A stretch of 62,813 nucleotides of DNA, filler included, from Malassezia furfur (GCA_052055015.1; 33 parts of 33 records of this genome joined end to end with filler, not necessarily neighbours in it), one strand, 5' to 3'. Shown: positions 21,508-34,192, counted from the whole stretch's first letter. Notes: generated by a model from the sequence alone, not told the origin. A program made the numbers and translations.

Positions 21508-23330
21508 CACGGCGCGGCGCTGGGCGGCGGAGCGCCCGGCGCGGGCAGCGCGGACGGCGCGCGTCCGCCGGTCGAGTTCAACCACGCGATCAACTACGTG
21601 AACAAGATCAAGCAGCGCTTCTCGGGCGAGCCAGACACCTACAAGCAGTTCCTCGAGATCCTGCAGACGTACCAGAAGGAGCAGCGGCCGATCCACGAGG
21701 TGTATGCGCAGGTCACGGTGCTGTTTGACCATGCGCAGGACCTCCTCGAGGAGTTCAAGCAGTTCCTCCCCGACACGGGCGCGCCGCCGCCGCCGTGCGC
21801 GCCCGAAGCGGAGCAAGCACGGCAAGGGCGACAGTGTGCCGCGGTCGGCGCACGGCGCGGCATATGCGCTGCCGCCCGGTGCGGAGATGCACGAGATGTA
21901 CGGCGCGCCCGTGCCGCACGGGGGTGTGCCGCCCGGCTACGAGCTGCCGCCCGAGGCGCCCGCGCCTGGGTTTGTGCCCGGTGGGGTGTACGACGTGCCG
22001 CCGTATGCGCCGCCGCCCGTGATGGCCGCGCCGGGCGGTGGGGCGCCTGCGCCGGGCGGTGTGGTGCAGCTGCCGCACATGGCGACGGTCGACGAGGTGG
22101 CGTTCTTTGAGCGCGTCAAGAAGCACATTGACGACCGCGCGGCGTACGTCGACTTCCTCAAGCTGCTCAACCTGTACACACAGGACGTGATCGATATCGG
22201 GACGCTGGTGGACCGTGTGACGCTGTTCCTCGGCGGGCAGCCCGAGCTGCTCGCCGCGTTCAAGACGCTCACCGGCTACGACATGGGCAAGCACGGGTGG
22301 CTCGAGAACGAGGAGCCCGTGCTGGAGAACGTGCCTGCGCTCGAGCGCGAGCGCTTCGACCTGAGCACGCGGCGCTCGTACGGCCCGTCGTACCGCAAGC
22401 TGCCCGACTCCGAGGTGAACCTGGCGTGCAGCGGACGCGACCCGCTGTGCTGGGAGGTGCTGAACGACACGTGGGTGAGCCACCCCACGTGGGCGAGCGA
22501 GGGCGAGTCGTTCAACCCGCACAAGAAGAACGTGTACGAGGACGCGCTGTACCGCTCCGAGGAGGAGCGCCACGAGTACGACTACCACATCGAGGCGAAC
22601 CTGCGCACCATTGCGCTGCTCGAGCCGATCGCCGCGCGCATCGCCGTGATGGACGCCGAGGAGCGCGCAAGCTTCCGCCTGAAGTCGGGGCTCGGCGGGC
22701 AGAGCAAGAGCATCTACCAGCGCATCATCAAAAAGGTGTACGGGCGCAACCACGGCCTCGAGGTGATCGCCGCGCTGCACGACAACCCGTCGGTCGCCGT
22801 GCCGGTCGTCCTCGCGCGGCTCAAGCAGAAGGACGAGGAGTGGAAGCGCGCGCAGCGCGAGTGGAACAAGGTGTGGCGCGAGGTCGACGCGCGCAACTTC
22901 TACAAGGCGCTCGACCACCAGGGCATCAACTTCAAGTCGACCGACAAAAAGACCATCACCACCAAGGCGTTCGTCCACGAGATCGAGACGCTGCGCACCG
23001 AGCAGCAGCAGCGCCGCCTCGCGCTCGACCCGAGCCTGCCCGCGCTCGCGCCGCGCTTCCAGCTCACGTACGCGCTCGACGACGGCCACGTCGTCCTCGA
23101 CGTGCTCCGACTCGCGCTCCACTTTGTCGACCGCGCCGCGTCGGGCTTCAGCGCCGGCGAGAAGGAGCGCGTCGTGTCCACGCTGCGCCAGCTGCTCCCG
23201 CGCCTCTTCCACATGGACGCCGCGGTGCTCGACGCGCTTGCGTCGCGCCGCGCCGCGCACGACGACGACGACGCCCATGCCCGCGACGAGACGCCCGAGT
23301 ACGCCGCCGAGCCCGCCGCAGGGGGGCGCG
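21508..23330 (+). CDS. SIN3: Sin3 corepressor (PAH2, PAH3, HID), partial, with a frameshift near 21795
   Basis: [17 protein letters not shown]...[14 protein letters not shown] in one frame. [33 protein letters not shown] and EEERHEYD lie in another frame. Confidence 0.95.
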
Positions 23331-23430
23331 NNNNNNNNNNNNNNNNNNNNNNNNNNNNNNNNNNNNNNNNNNNNTTAATTAATTAANNNNNNNNNNNNNN
23401 NNNNNNNNNNNNNNNNNNNNNNNNNNNNNN

Positions 23431-24703
23431 CTGCGGATGTCTGCGCGACGGCCGGGGAGGCCGGGGAGGCCGCGGCGGCAGCGGGCGCTGCGCCCGACGC
23501 CGCACGCATCTGTGCGTGGATATGAGCGAGGGCGACGTGCAGCGCGGGGTAGTACTCGACGGAGGCTTTGCGCAGGGTGTCGAGCACGTCGTCCATGCCG
23601 CCCTCGCGCAGGTCGGCACACAGCTGTGCGCCGGCGTCGGTCGGGAGGTGCGCCAGCAGGGTACAGAGCAGCTCGAGGTGCGCGGTGGCATACCGCATCG
23701 CCTCGGACTCCACGGAGCCGGTCATGCCGCTCGGGATGCGGGGCCGCTGCGCCTCGGTGAGGTCGATGGCGTCGTAGTCCTGCACGACGTTCTCGTCGTG
23801 GCAAAAGATCCAGAAGAACTCGGCACAGAGCGTCTGCAGCTCGGCGACGTACGGGCGCATCGGGCGGGCCTTGCGCGGGACGAGCTCGATGGTATCAGAG
23901 GCAGGCGGCGCGACGTGCAAGAGCTGCAGCACGTACGGCACGCCGCTCGGCTGGCAGGCACGCGCGCGCTCGGCGCTCGGCGCGTGCGCCGTGCTGGGCA
24001 AGGGTATGTCGAGCTGGGCGCCGAGCGTCCAGAGCTGCACGATCCGCCGCCGCGTCTCGAGGTCCGCGGGGCGCTTGGGCGAGAAGAGCAGCGTGCCGAG
24101 CGCGTCGAACGGCGCGGGGGCGTGCTGTGCCATGGCCGCCATGCCGAGGGGGTGCGTGCCGAGCGCCACGACGCTCCGCACGAGCTCGTCGAGGAGCTGG
24201 TCGTCGTGCTGTTCCTCGCGCCATTCCATCGCGAGCACCTCGCGCAGGCGGTCGAGGATCGCAACGTACCCGCCGTCCGACACGAACGCGTGGATCCACA
24301 CGTCGTTTTCGGCGGCGAGCGCCACGCGCACCTGGCGCACCGAGTCGACCGGCAGGTGTGCGGCCGGTGCGGCCCGCAGACGGTGCACGGCGAGTGCCGG
24401 CGTGAGGCGGCGCGACGTGCCGCGCGGCGCGGCGGGTGCGTGCGAGGCCGAGGTCCGCCGGCGCAGGCCCGATGCGACGCGTTTCGGCATCCAGCGCAGG
24501 AAGCGCGGGCGCTCGGTGGGCGCCGGCTGGAGCGACAGGGCGTCGAGCTGCGCGGCGAGCGGGTCGTTTTGGCTGAGCGGTGCGAACGGGATGCGGCGCT
24601 CGTGCGTGGTGTAGGTGCGCGCGACGCGCTTCGGCGACAGCGTGCGCGGCACCTTGGCGTGCCGCGGCACGCGCGGCGTGAGCGGCGTGTTTTCCGAATC
24701 CAT
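23431..24703 (-). CDS. Rid1-like protein with formin-type GTPase-binding (GBD/armadillo) domain
   Basis: VRQVRVALAAENDVWIHAFVSDGGY..ILDRLREVLAMEWREEQHDDQLL and EFFWIFCH...GSVESEAMRYATAHLEL. ATG at 24703. Confidence 0.65.
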
Positions 24704-24813
24704 CGCGCCGAGAGCACGACGCGTGGAGGTGTGTTGACGCGTAGATGTTGTTTTCGCGATCAACACGGCCAGTGGAGGCGCGCGCCGTGCCTCTTGCCTG
24801 TGTCCTTCGTGAG

Positions 24814-25240
24814 ATGCCCGCGGCGGACGCGATGGCGGGCACACGCGAGAACGTCGCCGTGTGTGTGCGTCTGCGTCCTACGGAGGAAGAGGAGAGCGTA
24901 TGGACGGTGGACGCGAGCAGCCAGCGCATTGCGCCCACGCCGCTGCACCCCGCGCTCGCGAAGCGCGCCGGGAGCAGTGCGGGCGGCGACGAGCGCAGCG
25001 CGGCCGCGTACGACTTTCGATTTGACCATCTGGTGCTGGGCCACGAGCGCACCGAGTGCCTCTACGACCGCGCCGTGTTTCCCGTGGTGCGCGCCGCGAT
25101 GGAGGGCTACAATGGCACCGTGTTTGCCTATGGCCAGACGGGCTCGGGCAAGACCCACACGATGAGCGGCACGCGCGACGAGCCCGGCGTGATCCCGTGT
25201 GCGGTGCACGACGTGTTTGCGATGATCCGCGACGCGCCCG
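24814..25240 (+). CDS. Kinesin motor domain, kinesin-7 (Kip2/CENP-E-like), 5' part
   Basis: ENVAVCVRLRP, FRFDH, AMEGYNGTVFAYGQTGSGKTHTMSG..DEPGVIP. Confidence 0.9.
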
Positions 25241-25340
25241 NNNNNNNNNNNNNNNNNNNNNNNNNNNNNNNNNNNNNNNNNNNNTTAATTAATTAANNNN
25301 NNNNNNNNNNNNNNNNNNNNNNNNNNNNNNNNNNNNNNNN

Positions 25341-27147
25341 CGCGTCGTGTGCCGGCGACGGCGGCGCGCGCGCGGGCGCCGGCCGCACGCCGCGGGGGGT
25401 ATCAAACGGCGGGAGGAGCTGGGCGGCGGAGTCGGACCCGGGCGTCTGTGGTGGTCCGTGCGCGGGCGGCACACGTGCGTCGTCAGAGGGGGCGTCGCGC
25501 GTGGCGGGCGCTGCGCTGTCGTTGGCGGGCGCGGCGTTGTTGGCGGGCGCCGTGTGTGCCGCGCTGCCGTCCTGCGCCTTTTTGTCGGCGTTGGCGTTGG
25601 CGTCGCCGGCGTCGCCATCTTTGCCGCCCTTGCCGCCTTCGCCCTCCTTGCCGTCGCCATCATCGCCGCCGTCGCCGTCCTTGCCACCACCGTCCTTGTC
25701 ACCCCCACCGTCCTTCTCGCCTTCGCCGTCCTTCTCGCCCTCACCATCCTTGTCGCCGTCGCGCTTCTCGGCCGCGCGCGCCTTGTCGCGCTCGTCGCGT
25801 CCGCCAAACATGTCCCACAGGGACAGGCTCGACACGTCGAGCGAGGTGCGTTTGGTGTCTACCGACGGCGTGTCGGTGCGCGTCGGGCGCTCGCTGGGCG
25901 TGTCCGCCGCAGAGTCGTCCGCGTCGTGCTTGGCGTACGACGCCAAGAGGCGGCGCAGCTCGCGCTCCGACACGCTCGAGTGCTTCTCAAACTCGAGGAA
26001 GAGGCCGTCCCACTCGACGACCTTGTCCTGGAGCACGCGGCGTGCGTCGTTCAGGCGGAGCAGGTCGTGCCCCGAGTCCCAGTAGAGCTGCACAATGAGG
26101 CGCTGCACCTCGGCGCCGTCGGCGTGCGCCGCGGCGGCGATGCGGCGCAGGAGGCGCAGCGCCTGCGTCTGTACCTTGCTGAGCGACGGCGAGGCCGTGT
26201 AGATCGGCGCGGTGCGCAGCTCGCGCTGGAGCGCCGCGAGGCGCGCATGCACCGAGTCCCAGTAGTGTGCGTTGCGCTCAAACAGCGAGATGGTCTCTTC
26301 GTTCTTGAGCGCGTACTGCCGGTCCTCGTACACGAGCAGGTGCATGGGCGGCACAACCACCTCGCACGGCTGCACCCAGTCCGCGTGGAAGCGGATCGCG
26401 AGGTTGCGCAGCGCAAAGTAGCGCACGCTGTCGCGGTAGTAGTCGTGCTGGCACGTCGACGGATGGCACGCGTGGTTCGGGTAGAACTGCAGCTCGAGGT
26501 ACTTGGCGAACGAGAACGACCACGCCTCGTCGCTCAGGTGCGCCACCGGCGTCGTGCGCCCGCACGTCTTGCAGTAGCTCCAGCACAGCAGGTGCTTCTC
26601 CTCGCCGGGCAGCGGGCACGCAAAGCGCTCGACGACCATCTGCACGCGCATCTCGTTGTGCTGGTACGTCGTGTAGTGCAGCAGGTTCGCGCGGTCGCAC
26701 CCCTTGGCGGGGCACAGGTCCGCGCTCTCGTCCACCGTGCGCTCGAGCAGGTGCCCGAGCGGCTCGTCGTCCACGCCATAGTACTCGATCGTGTGCAGCG
26801 CCGGGCCCGTGCACGTCTCGAGCGTCACCGCACACGTCGTGCTCACGAGCGCCACGAGGCGCTGGTGCGCAAACGGCGTGAGCATCTTGGCCATGTTGGA
26901 CACGCACGCCTTCCACGAGTGCTGCATCGCGCTGCGCTCCGCGTCGAGCACGGTGAGCTCCGTGTCCTCGGCAAACGAGCGGGGGTCCTGCAGCGTGATG
27001 TGCGGCACCGCCTCGTCGTCCGGCCCGTCGTCGCGACTCGTGGACGCGGCGGCAGACAGCACGGGCGACGTCGGTGCGGCGGGGGTATCGGCGGCGGGCG
27101 CCTCGGCGCGCTCCGTCGGTGCGGGGGTATCGGCGGCGGGCGCCTCG
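25341..27147 (-). CDS. FAB1: Fab1/PIKfyve PI3P 5-kinase, central CCR region (internal fragment)
   Basis: PFAHQRLVAL...IEYYGVDDEPLG...WSYCKTC...LSDEAWSFSFAKYLELQFY...CQHDYYRDSVRYF. Confidence 0.9.
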
Positions 27148-27247
27148 NNNNNNNNNNNNNNNNNNNNNNNNNNNNNNNNNNNNNNNNNNNNTTAATTAAT
27201 TAANNNNNNNNNNNNNNNNNNNNNNNNNNNNNNNNNNNNNNNNNNNN

Positions 27248-28748
27248 GCATCCCGTTCGGCCCAAAGTACGGGTCCATCTCGAGCGGCGAGCCGTACAGC
27301 AGCGGACTGGGGGACGCCTTGGCATACGGCGTAAAGCACTTGCGCGCCATTGCCGTCGAGTTGACCGGCAGGTTCGTGCCGACCGACGCGGGCGACGCAG
27401 GGAACGACATGGGCTCCTGCGTGGGCGTGTACATGCCCAGGTCGTGCTCCGACGGCCACGACGGCATCCCCGTAGGGTACAGCGTCGGCGCCGACGCCGT
27501 GCGCCCAATCATCTTGGGGTCCGGCGTGTGCTGGTCAAAGTACAGCAGGCCGGGCGACATGGTGAGGGGCGGCGCCGGCGCGTGCGGCGACATGAACTGC
27601 TCGGGCGTGCCGAACGGCTCGTCCAGCTTGAACGCCCCCGGGGCGCTCCCGCGCTGCTGCATCGGCGTGGCTGGGTGTGCCTGGAAGGGCATGTGCGGCG
27701 GGAACTGCGCACCGTGGCCATGTAGCGCACCGTACAGCTCCGTAGCGCCGTACGGCAGCGTCGCTGCGCGGTGCGGCGACATGTCTACCTGTGTGCCATC
27801 CAGCGGGAAGCCCGGCGAGCGCAAGTCTGCCGAGCTCGCGATGCTGTGCGCCGAGCCGTACTCGGGCGTAGCAGAGAGCGCGGAGCTCGAGCCGATGCTG
27901 GGTCCCGAGCGGTGCATGCGCGCACTGCCGGGGTGCTGGTGCGCGTCGTCGCGTGCGCCGCCACGCGCATCCGTGAGGGGGGTCATGGGCGGCATGCCTT
28001 GGGCGAGCATCGCCGGGGGGGTCGCATTCAATTCGTACAAAAAGGAGCCACGGAAGGTGTCGTCCGCGGAGGAGGCATCGGTCGTGCTCTTCATCGGTGT
28101 GTCGTCGTCCAGCGACGACACCGGCGGAGAGATATTCGTTCGCGAGTCGTCGTACATGGACCGCGGCGCAGTGGTGGAAGATGCACCCGTCGTCGTGGGG
28201 CGCATGGGGGTCATGGGCATGCTGGGGATAGAGCGCCCATGGGCGTCAGGCGCAGGGCCGCGCGCCGACGCCTCATTGATGGTGTCTTGCGACGAGACCG
28301 AGTCCACCGAGGGGCGCGTATGCTGCGACGAGGGCGTGTCGAGGCGCATCTCGGCGACGCCGCTCGGCAGCATCTCGGAGCCGCGGCGCTCGAGCGGCGG
28401 CGCGGGCGGCGGTGCAGCGCCGCCCTGGGGGTGTGCGGAAAGCACGCCGTGCGGGTCGTACGTGTACGACGGCCAGGCGCCCGATTCCGACACGGGCTGG
28501 CGGACGTCCTGCCAGAGCATCGACGTGGACTGCGCGCCGAACGGCGTATGCTGCATGGGCGGCTCGTGCTGCAGCGTATCGAGGCCGAGCGAGGGGAAGA
28601 TGGGGACGTTGCCGAACGGGTCGCTCATCCCGCCGGGCGAGGAGCTCGGCATGCCGAACGGCGCGTCGTACGATTCGCGCGGCGCGCCGCTCCCGGCGTG
28701 GTCGAGCAGGAGAGAGGAGTGCAGCGGCGATGCGTGCTCCGAAGCCAT
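27248..28748 (-). CDS. Pro/Ser/Met-rich disordered N-terminus, probably a transcription factor
   Basis: Long ORF from ATG 28748 to the contig edge. No recognisable domain in the visible part. Confidence 0.6.
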
Positions 28749-29300
28749 AGCGGCCTAAAAGCGCACGTTCAGAGCCCTGCTAGATGAACACCACACGCAA
28801 CGGACACGGTGGTGCCTGCGGTCCAGTATGTCGCGAAGCGGACAGTGCGGTATGTGGAACAAGGTTGGACGTAGACCCCACGCACCCGCGGCGCCGTGCC
28901 ACACCGCCGAGCGCACCGTTCGACGCCGACGCGTATCGGCCGATGAACATCCACCGCACAGGGCTCCGCGCGGGTGATTGGGCGTGGATGTTCACGTGAG
29001 GAGCACGCGATTGGGCGCAGCCACGGCGTCACACTCTATAGGATGGGGTGGAGGNNNNNNNNNNNNNNNNNNNNNNNNNNNNNNNNNNNNNNNNNNNNTT
29101 AATTAATTAANNNNNNNNNNNNNNNNNNNNNNNNNNNNNNNNNNNNNNNNNNNNTGGGCCGGGCGCGGCGCGCAGCGCCGCGGGGCGCACGCACGCCGCG
29201 GTGCGCACCGACAGGCCTGCCCACAGCATGACGCACGGTGCCTCCACGCGCCCGCCGAAGGGCCGCGTCGCCCACGTGACCACTCCTTCGTTTCGACACG

Positions 29301-30961
29301 ATGGCCGGCATGCGCGGCAGTGGTGGCGGGCGTCTGGGCATGATGCAGCCGCCCGTGATCGTACTGAAAGAGGGGACGGACACGTCGCAGGGCTTGGGAC
29401 AGCTGCTGTCCAACATTACGGCGTGTCTGTCGGTGGTTGCGTGCGTGGCATCCACGCTCGGCCCGCGCGGCATGGACAAGATGATCGTCAACGACCGCGG
29501 GCAGGCGACCATTTCGAACGACGGCGCGACGATTATGAAGCTGCTGGATATTGTGCACCCTGCGGCGCGGACGCTGGTGGACGTGGCGCGCGCGCAGGAC
29601 GCCGAGGTCGGCGACGGGACGACGTCGGTGGTGCTGCTCGCCGGCGAGCTGCTCAAAGAGAGCCGCCCGTTCCTCGAGGAGGGCGTGAGCGCGCATGTGG
29701 TCGCCAAGGGCCTGATGCGTGCGTCCGAGATGGCAGTGGCGCGCATCCACGAGCTGGCGGTGCGCATCGACAAGAGCGACCCCGCGGCGTTCCGCGAGCT
29801 GCTCTTGCGCTGTGCCGGCACGGCGATGTCGAGCAAGCTGATCGTGTCGCAGCGCCCCTTCTTTGCGCAGATGGCCGTGGACGCGGTCATGGCGCTCGAC
29901 CAGACCGAGCTGAACGAAAAGATGATCGGCATCAAGATGGTGCCCGGCGGCGCGATGCAGGACTCGCTGCTGATCCACGGCGTGGCGTTCAAAAAGACGT
30001 TTGCGTACGCCGGGTTCGAGCAGCAGCCCAAGAGCTTTGACCACCCCAAGATCCTGTGCCTGAACGTGGAGCTGGAGCTCAAGGCCGAGAAGGACAACGC
30101 CGAGGTGCGCATCCAGGAGGTGAGCGAGTACCAGGCGATCGTCGACGCCGAGTGGAGCATCATCTTTGCGAAGCTCGAGGCGATCGTCGCGACGGGCGCC
30201 AAGGTCGTGCTGTCGAAGCTGCCGATCGGCGACCTCGCGACGCAGTACTTTGCCGACCGCGACATCTTCTGCGCGGGGCGCGTGCCGCACGACGACATGC
30301 AGCGCGTCGTGAGCGCCGTGGGCGGCTCGGTGCAGTCCACCGTGTCGGACCTGGACGTGGCGCGCCACCTCGGCACGTGCGAGCGCTTCGAGGAGCGCCA
30401 GGTGGGCAGCGAGCGCTTCAACCTGTTCACGGGGTGCCCGCAGGCAAAGACGGTGACCATCGTGCTGCGTGGCGGCGCGGAGCAGCTCATCGCCGAGATT
30501 GAGCGCTCGCTGCACGACGCCATCATGATCGTGAAGCGCGCCGTGCAGAACAACGAGGTGGTCGCGGGCGGCGGCGCGATCGAGATGGAGCTGTCCAAGT
30601 ACCTGCGCGACTACGCGCGCACCATCCACGGCAAGCAGCAGCTCATCATCGCCGCGTACGCCAAGGCGCTCGAGTGCATCCCGCGGCAGCTCGCGGACAA
30701 CGCGGGCTTCGACGCGACCGACCTGATGAACGAGCTGCGCATGCGCCACGCGCAGGGCCACACGTGGGACGGCATCGACGTCGCGACCGAGGGCGTGTCG
30801 GACAACATGAAAAAGTTTGTGTGGGAGCCGGCGTTGATCAAGATCAACGCGCTCACCTCCTCTGCCGAGGCCGCGCGCCTCATCCTCACCATCGACGAGA
30901 CGGTCAATGCGCAGCAGAGCGCGCCGCCGCAGGCCGGGCCGCCCGCGCCGCCCGGCACCGC
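29301..30961 (+). CDS. CCT7: Chaperonin CCT eta subunit
   Basis: [76 protein letters not shown]. Confidence 0.97.
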
Positions 30962-31063
30962 NNNNNNNNNNNNNNNNNNNNNNNNNNNNNNNNNNNNNNN
31001 NNNNNTTAATTAATTAANNNNNNNNNNNNNNNNNNNNNNNNNNNNNNNNNNNNNNNNNNNNTC

Positions 31064-32867
31064 AAGCGCTTCTGCACCAACCTGCGGCGCACCGCCAAGG
31101 AGGAGCGCGTGCTGTTCTACTACAACGGGTACGGCGTGCCGAAGCCGACGCCCGGCGGCGAGATCTGGGTGTTCAACAAGGCGTACACGCAGTACATTCC
31201 CCTCACACTGTACGACCTGCAGACCTGGCTCGGGAGCCCCTGCATCTACGTGTGGGACACGAGCGCCGCGGGCAACATTGTCAACAACTTCCGCACACTC
31301 GCCGAGGTGCGCGCCGAGGAGGAGGCCAAGGCGGCGCTCAGCGAGGGCCGCGAGCCGCCGCCGCTGCCCAACGCGGACGGCATCACAGTCGACGCGCACG
31401 GCGAGCCGCAGTTCCCGCTGCGCGAGTCGATCCACCTCGCCGCGTGCGGCGCGGACGAGATCCTGCCGATGAACCCCGACCTGCCCGCGGACCTGTTCAC
31501 GTGCTGCCTCACGTCGCCGATCGAGATCTCGCTGCGGTGGTTCGTGCTGCAGAACCCGCTGCCGAGCGCGCTGAACGTGGACATGGTGATGAGCATCCCT
31601 GGGCGCCTGCAGGACCGGCGCACGCCGCTCGGCGAGCTCAACTGGATCCTCACCGCGGTGACGGACACGATCGCCTGGACGGTGCTGCCGCGCGCGCTCT
31701 TCCGCCGCTTCTTCCGCGACGATTTGATGGTCGCTGCGCTGCTGCGCAACTTCTTGCTCGCGGAGCGCATCATGCGCTTCTACCACTGCACGCCAGTGAG
31801 CCACCCGCGCCTGCCGCCGACGCACAACCACCCGCTGTGGGACTCGTGGGACTTGGCCGTGGACCAGTGCCTGGCGCAGCTCCCGACGCTCCTCGCGAAG
31901 GAGAACGCGCGCGTGGTCGCCGCGAACGGCGGCGACCCCATGCCGCCGCACCTCGCCGCGTTCGAGTACCAGCACAGCAGCTTCTTTAGCGAGCAGCTCA
32001 AGGCGTTCGAGGTGTGGCTTTCGCAGGGCGACGTGAGCCGCCGCGCGCCGCGCCGGCGCGTGCAGCGGCACCCCGTGCTGCTCGCGAGTGGCCCGGGCAC
32101 GACGCGCCCCGAGATGTCTGCCGCTGCCGAGGCAGGCGCCGTGCACGGCTACGAGGCCGACGCGGCGCTCGCCGACGACGCCGAGGCGCATGGGTTTGAG
32201 CACGACCCGCCGAGCCAGCTGCCGATCGTGCTGCAGGTGCTCCTGTCGCAGGTGCACCGCCTGCGCGCGCTCATCCTCCTCTCGCAGTTCCTGGACCTCG
32301 GGCCGTGGGCGGTGAATCTGGCGCTGAGCATCGGCATCTTCCCGTACGTGCTCAAGCTGCTCCAGAGCCCCGCGGCGGACCTCAAGCCCGTGCTGATCTA
32401 CATCTGGGCGCGCATCCTCGCGGTGGACCACAGCTGCCAGGTGGATCTGCTCCGCGACAATGGCTACATGTACTTTGCCACGGTCCTCTCGCCCTTCCAG
32501 GGCAACACGCAGGGCTCCTGGACCGCGCATGCCACGAGCGGCGCCGCCCCCGCGGCCGGCAGCGGCACGCCCGGCGCGCTGCCGATCCCCAACGTGTCCG
32601 AGCACCGCGCGATGTGTGCCTTCATCCTGGCCGTCTTCTGCCAGGACTTCCCGCTGGGGCAGGACGCGTGCCTCGAGACAGACGTGATGGACAGCTGCCT
32701 CGAGCACCTCGAGGACGACGACTTCCTGTTGCGCCAGTGGTCCGCGCTGTGCCTCGCGCAGCTATGGGACAACAGCGAGGCGGGCAAGGCCAAGGCGATT
32801 GCCAAGGACGCACACGGCAAGCTGTGCTGCCTGCTGAGCGACGCGTCGCCCGAGGTGCGCGCCGCGA
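31064..32867 (+). CDS. KOG1: Raptor/Kog1 TORC1 subunit (internal fragment)
   Basis: LFYYNGYGVPKPT, DLPADLFTCCLTSP, LGELNWILTAVTDTIAW, QLPIVLQVLLSQVHRLRAL, ALSIGIFPYVLKLLQS. Confidence 0.97.
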
Positions 32868-32967
32868 NNNNNNNNNNNNNNNNNNNNNNNNNNNNNNNNN
32901 NNNNNNNNNNNTTAATTAATTAANNNNNNNNNNNNNNNNNNNNNNNNNNNNNNNNNNNNNNNNNNNN

Positions 32968-33688
32968 CGTCCGCCGCACGCAGCACCGCACCGAGCGCCA
33001 CCGCCTGCGCCGGCGTCGCCGTGCGGACCCACACGAGGCCATTCAGCCCAATCGCCGCCTCGAACGGGAAGTGCGACGCGACGTGCGCCAGCAGCGTGTG
33101 CTTGGGGTTGTACAGTGCATGCGCCAGGCGCAGACTCACGGGCCACACCATCGTGACGCCCTGCTCGGCATCGCGCTTCAGCTCGCCGAGCCCTTCGGCC
33201 TTGCCGCTCACCGCATCGACGCAGCTCAGCTCGGGCTCCGCCCACGGCTCGGCACTCACCACGCGCGCATACACCAGCGCACCCGCCTCGAGGTTCGGCC
33301 GGTTGCGCCGCGTCGCGCCCTCGAACGCCAGCACGGGCAGCGACGCACTGTGTGCGGAAAAGAGCGTCACCGTATACGACTCCATGCCGCGGTTCGTCAC
33401 TTGCCCAATCACCAGGTCGTCGGCGGCCGGCACGTACCGCCGCGCAGGGCTATCGACCCACCACCCATGCACGGTCGTGGGCGCGGTGCCCGCTGCGCGT
33501 TTTTCGCCTTTCGGCGCCTTGCTTCGTTGCTTCGTCTCGACGTGGCCCAGTGCGCCGCCCTGGATCGCAGTGAGCGATAGCTCGTCGGGCGACGCACGCG
33601 CCTGCGTCGGCGTATACAGGACTCCCGGGCCGAGCTTCACGGCATCACTCGCTTGGGGTATCACATCGCCAGGCAGCACAACGACCAT
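32968..33688 (-). CDS. RRP40: Exosome subunit Rrp40 (3' truncated)
   Basis: VVLPGD..KLGPG, RRYVPAADDLVIG, AFEGATRRNRPNLEAGALVYARV, PFEAAIGLNGLVWV. Confidence 0.95.
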
Positions 33689-33811
33689 GCTGGGCTGGAC
33701 GACAGGGCGTGCGTGATGTGGAGGAGCGGCGAATTCGGCGAATTCGCGCTTTTTTTTCCTCCGACGTGCCTCTTGCCGTCCATGACAGGTAGGTGTCGCG
33801 GTCCATGGTGT

Positions 33812-33894
33812 CGACGGGATGATCTATCTATCCAATCTTATCCACATTATCCGAGCCCACACGGGCGTCGACGAACCATTTGACCTGATTCTCG
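33812..33894 (+). ncRNA. Probable box C/D snoRNA, snR62/U34 (SNORD34)-like, inside intron 33789-33921
   Basis: C-like box GGGATGA at 33816-33822, guide CTTATCCACATTAT at 33837-33850, D' CCGA at 33851-33854, D box CTGA at 33885-33888. It is flanked by GTAGGT (33789) and ACTAACCACAG (33911-33921). Confidence 0.7.
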
Positions 33895-34192
33895 CGCGCC
33901 AAAGAGCAGCACTAACCACAGGGCGGTGTGCAGTGCTTCGTAGGGTAGCGTACTAGGGTAGGAATGCGATGCCGGGCAGACGCATGACATGCACCATAGG
34001 AGCCACCGCGCGTGTGTACGCGACGCTCGCCGCGCTGCCGCACTGCCGCACTGGCCTCTGGCCGCGCCGGCCGCGCCGGCCGCGCACCGTCCTGCCAGGC
34101 GGCCGCTCGCTCGCCCTCGGGCAGTCACGTGACGCTTCCGAGCCAATGCGGCGTCGGCGGTTGGTCAGCGCAAGCGATCCTCGTTTGTCGCC

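Noticed and set aside
27078..27147. 42-nt tandem duplication at the FAB1 contig edge
   Set aside because: An in-frame low-complexity linker repeat (EAPAADTPA); unremarkable.
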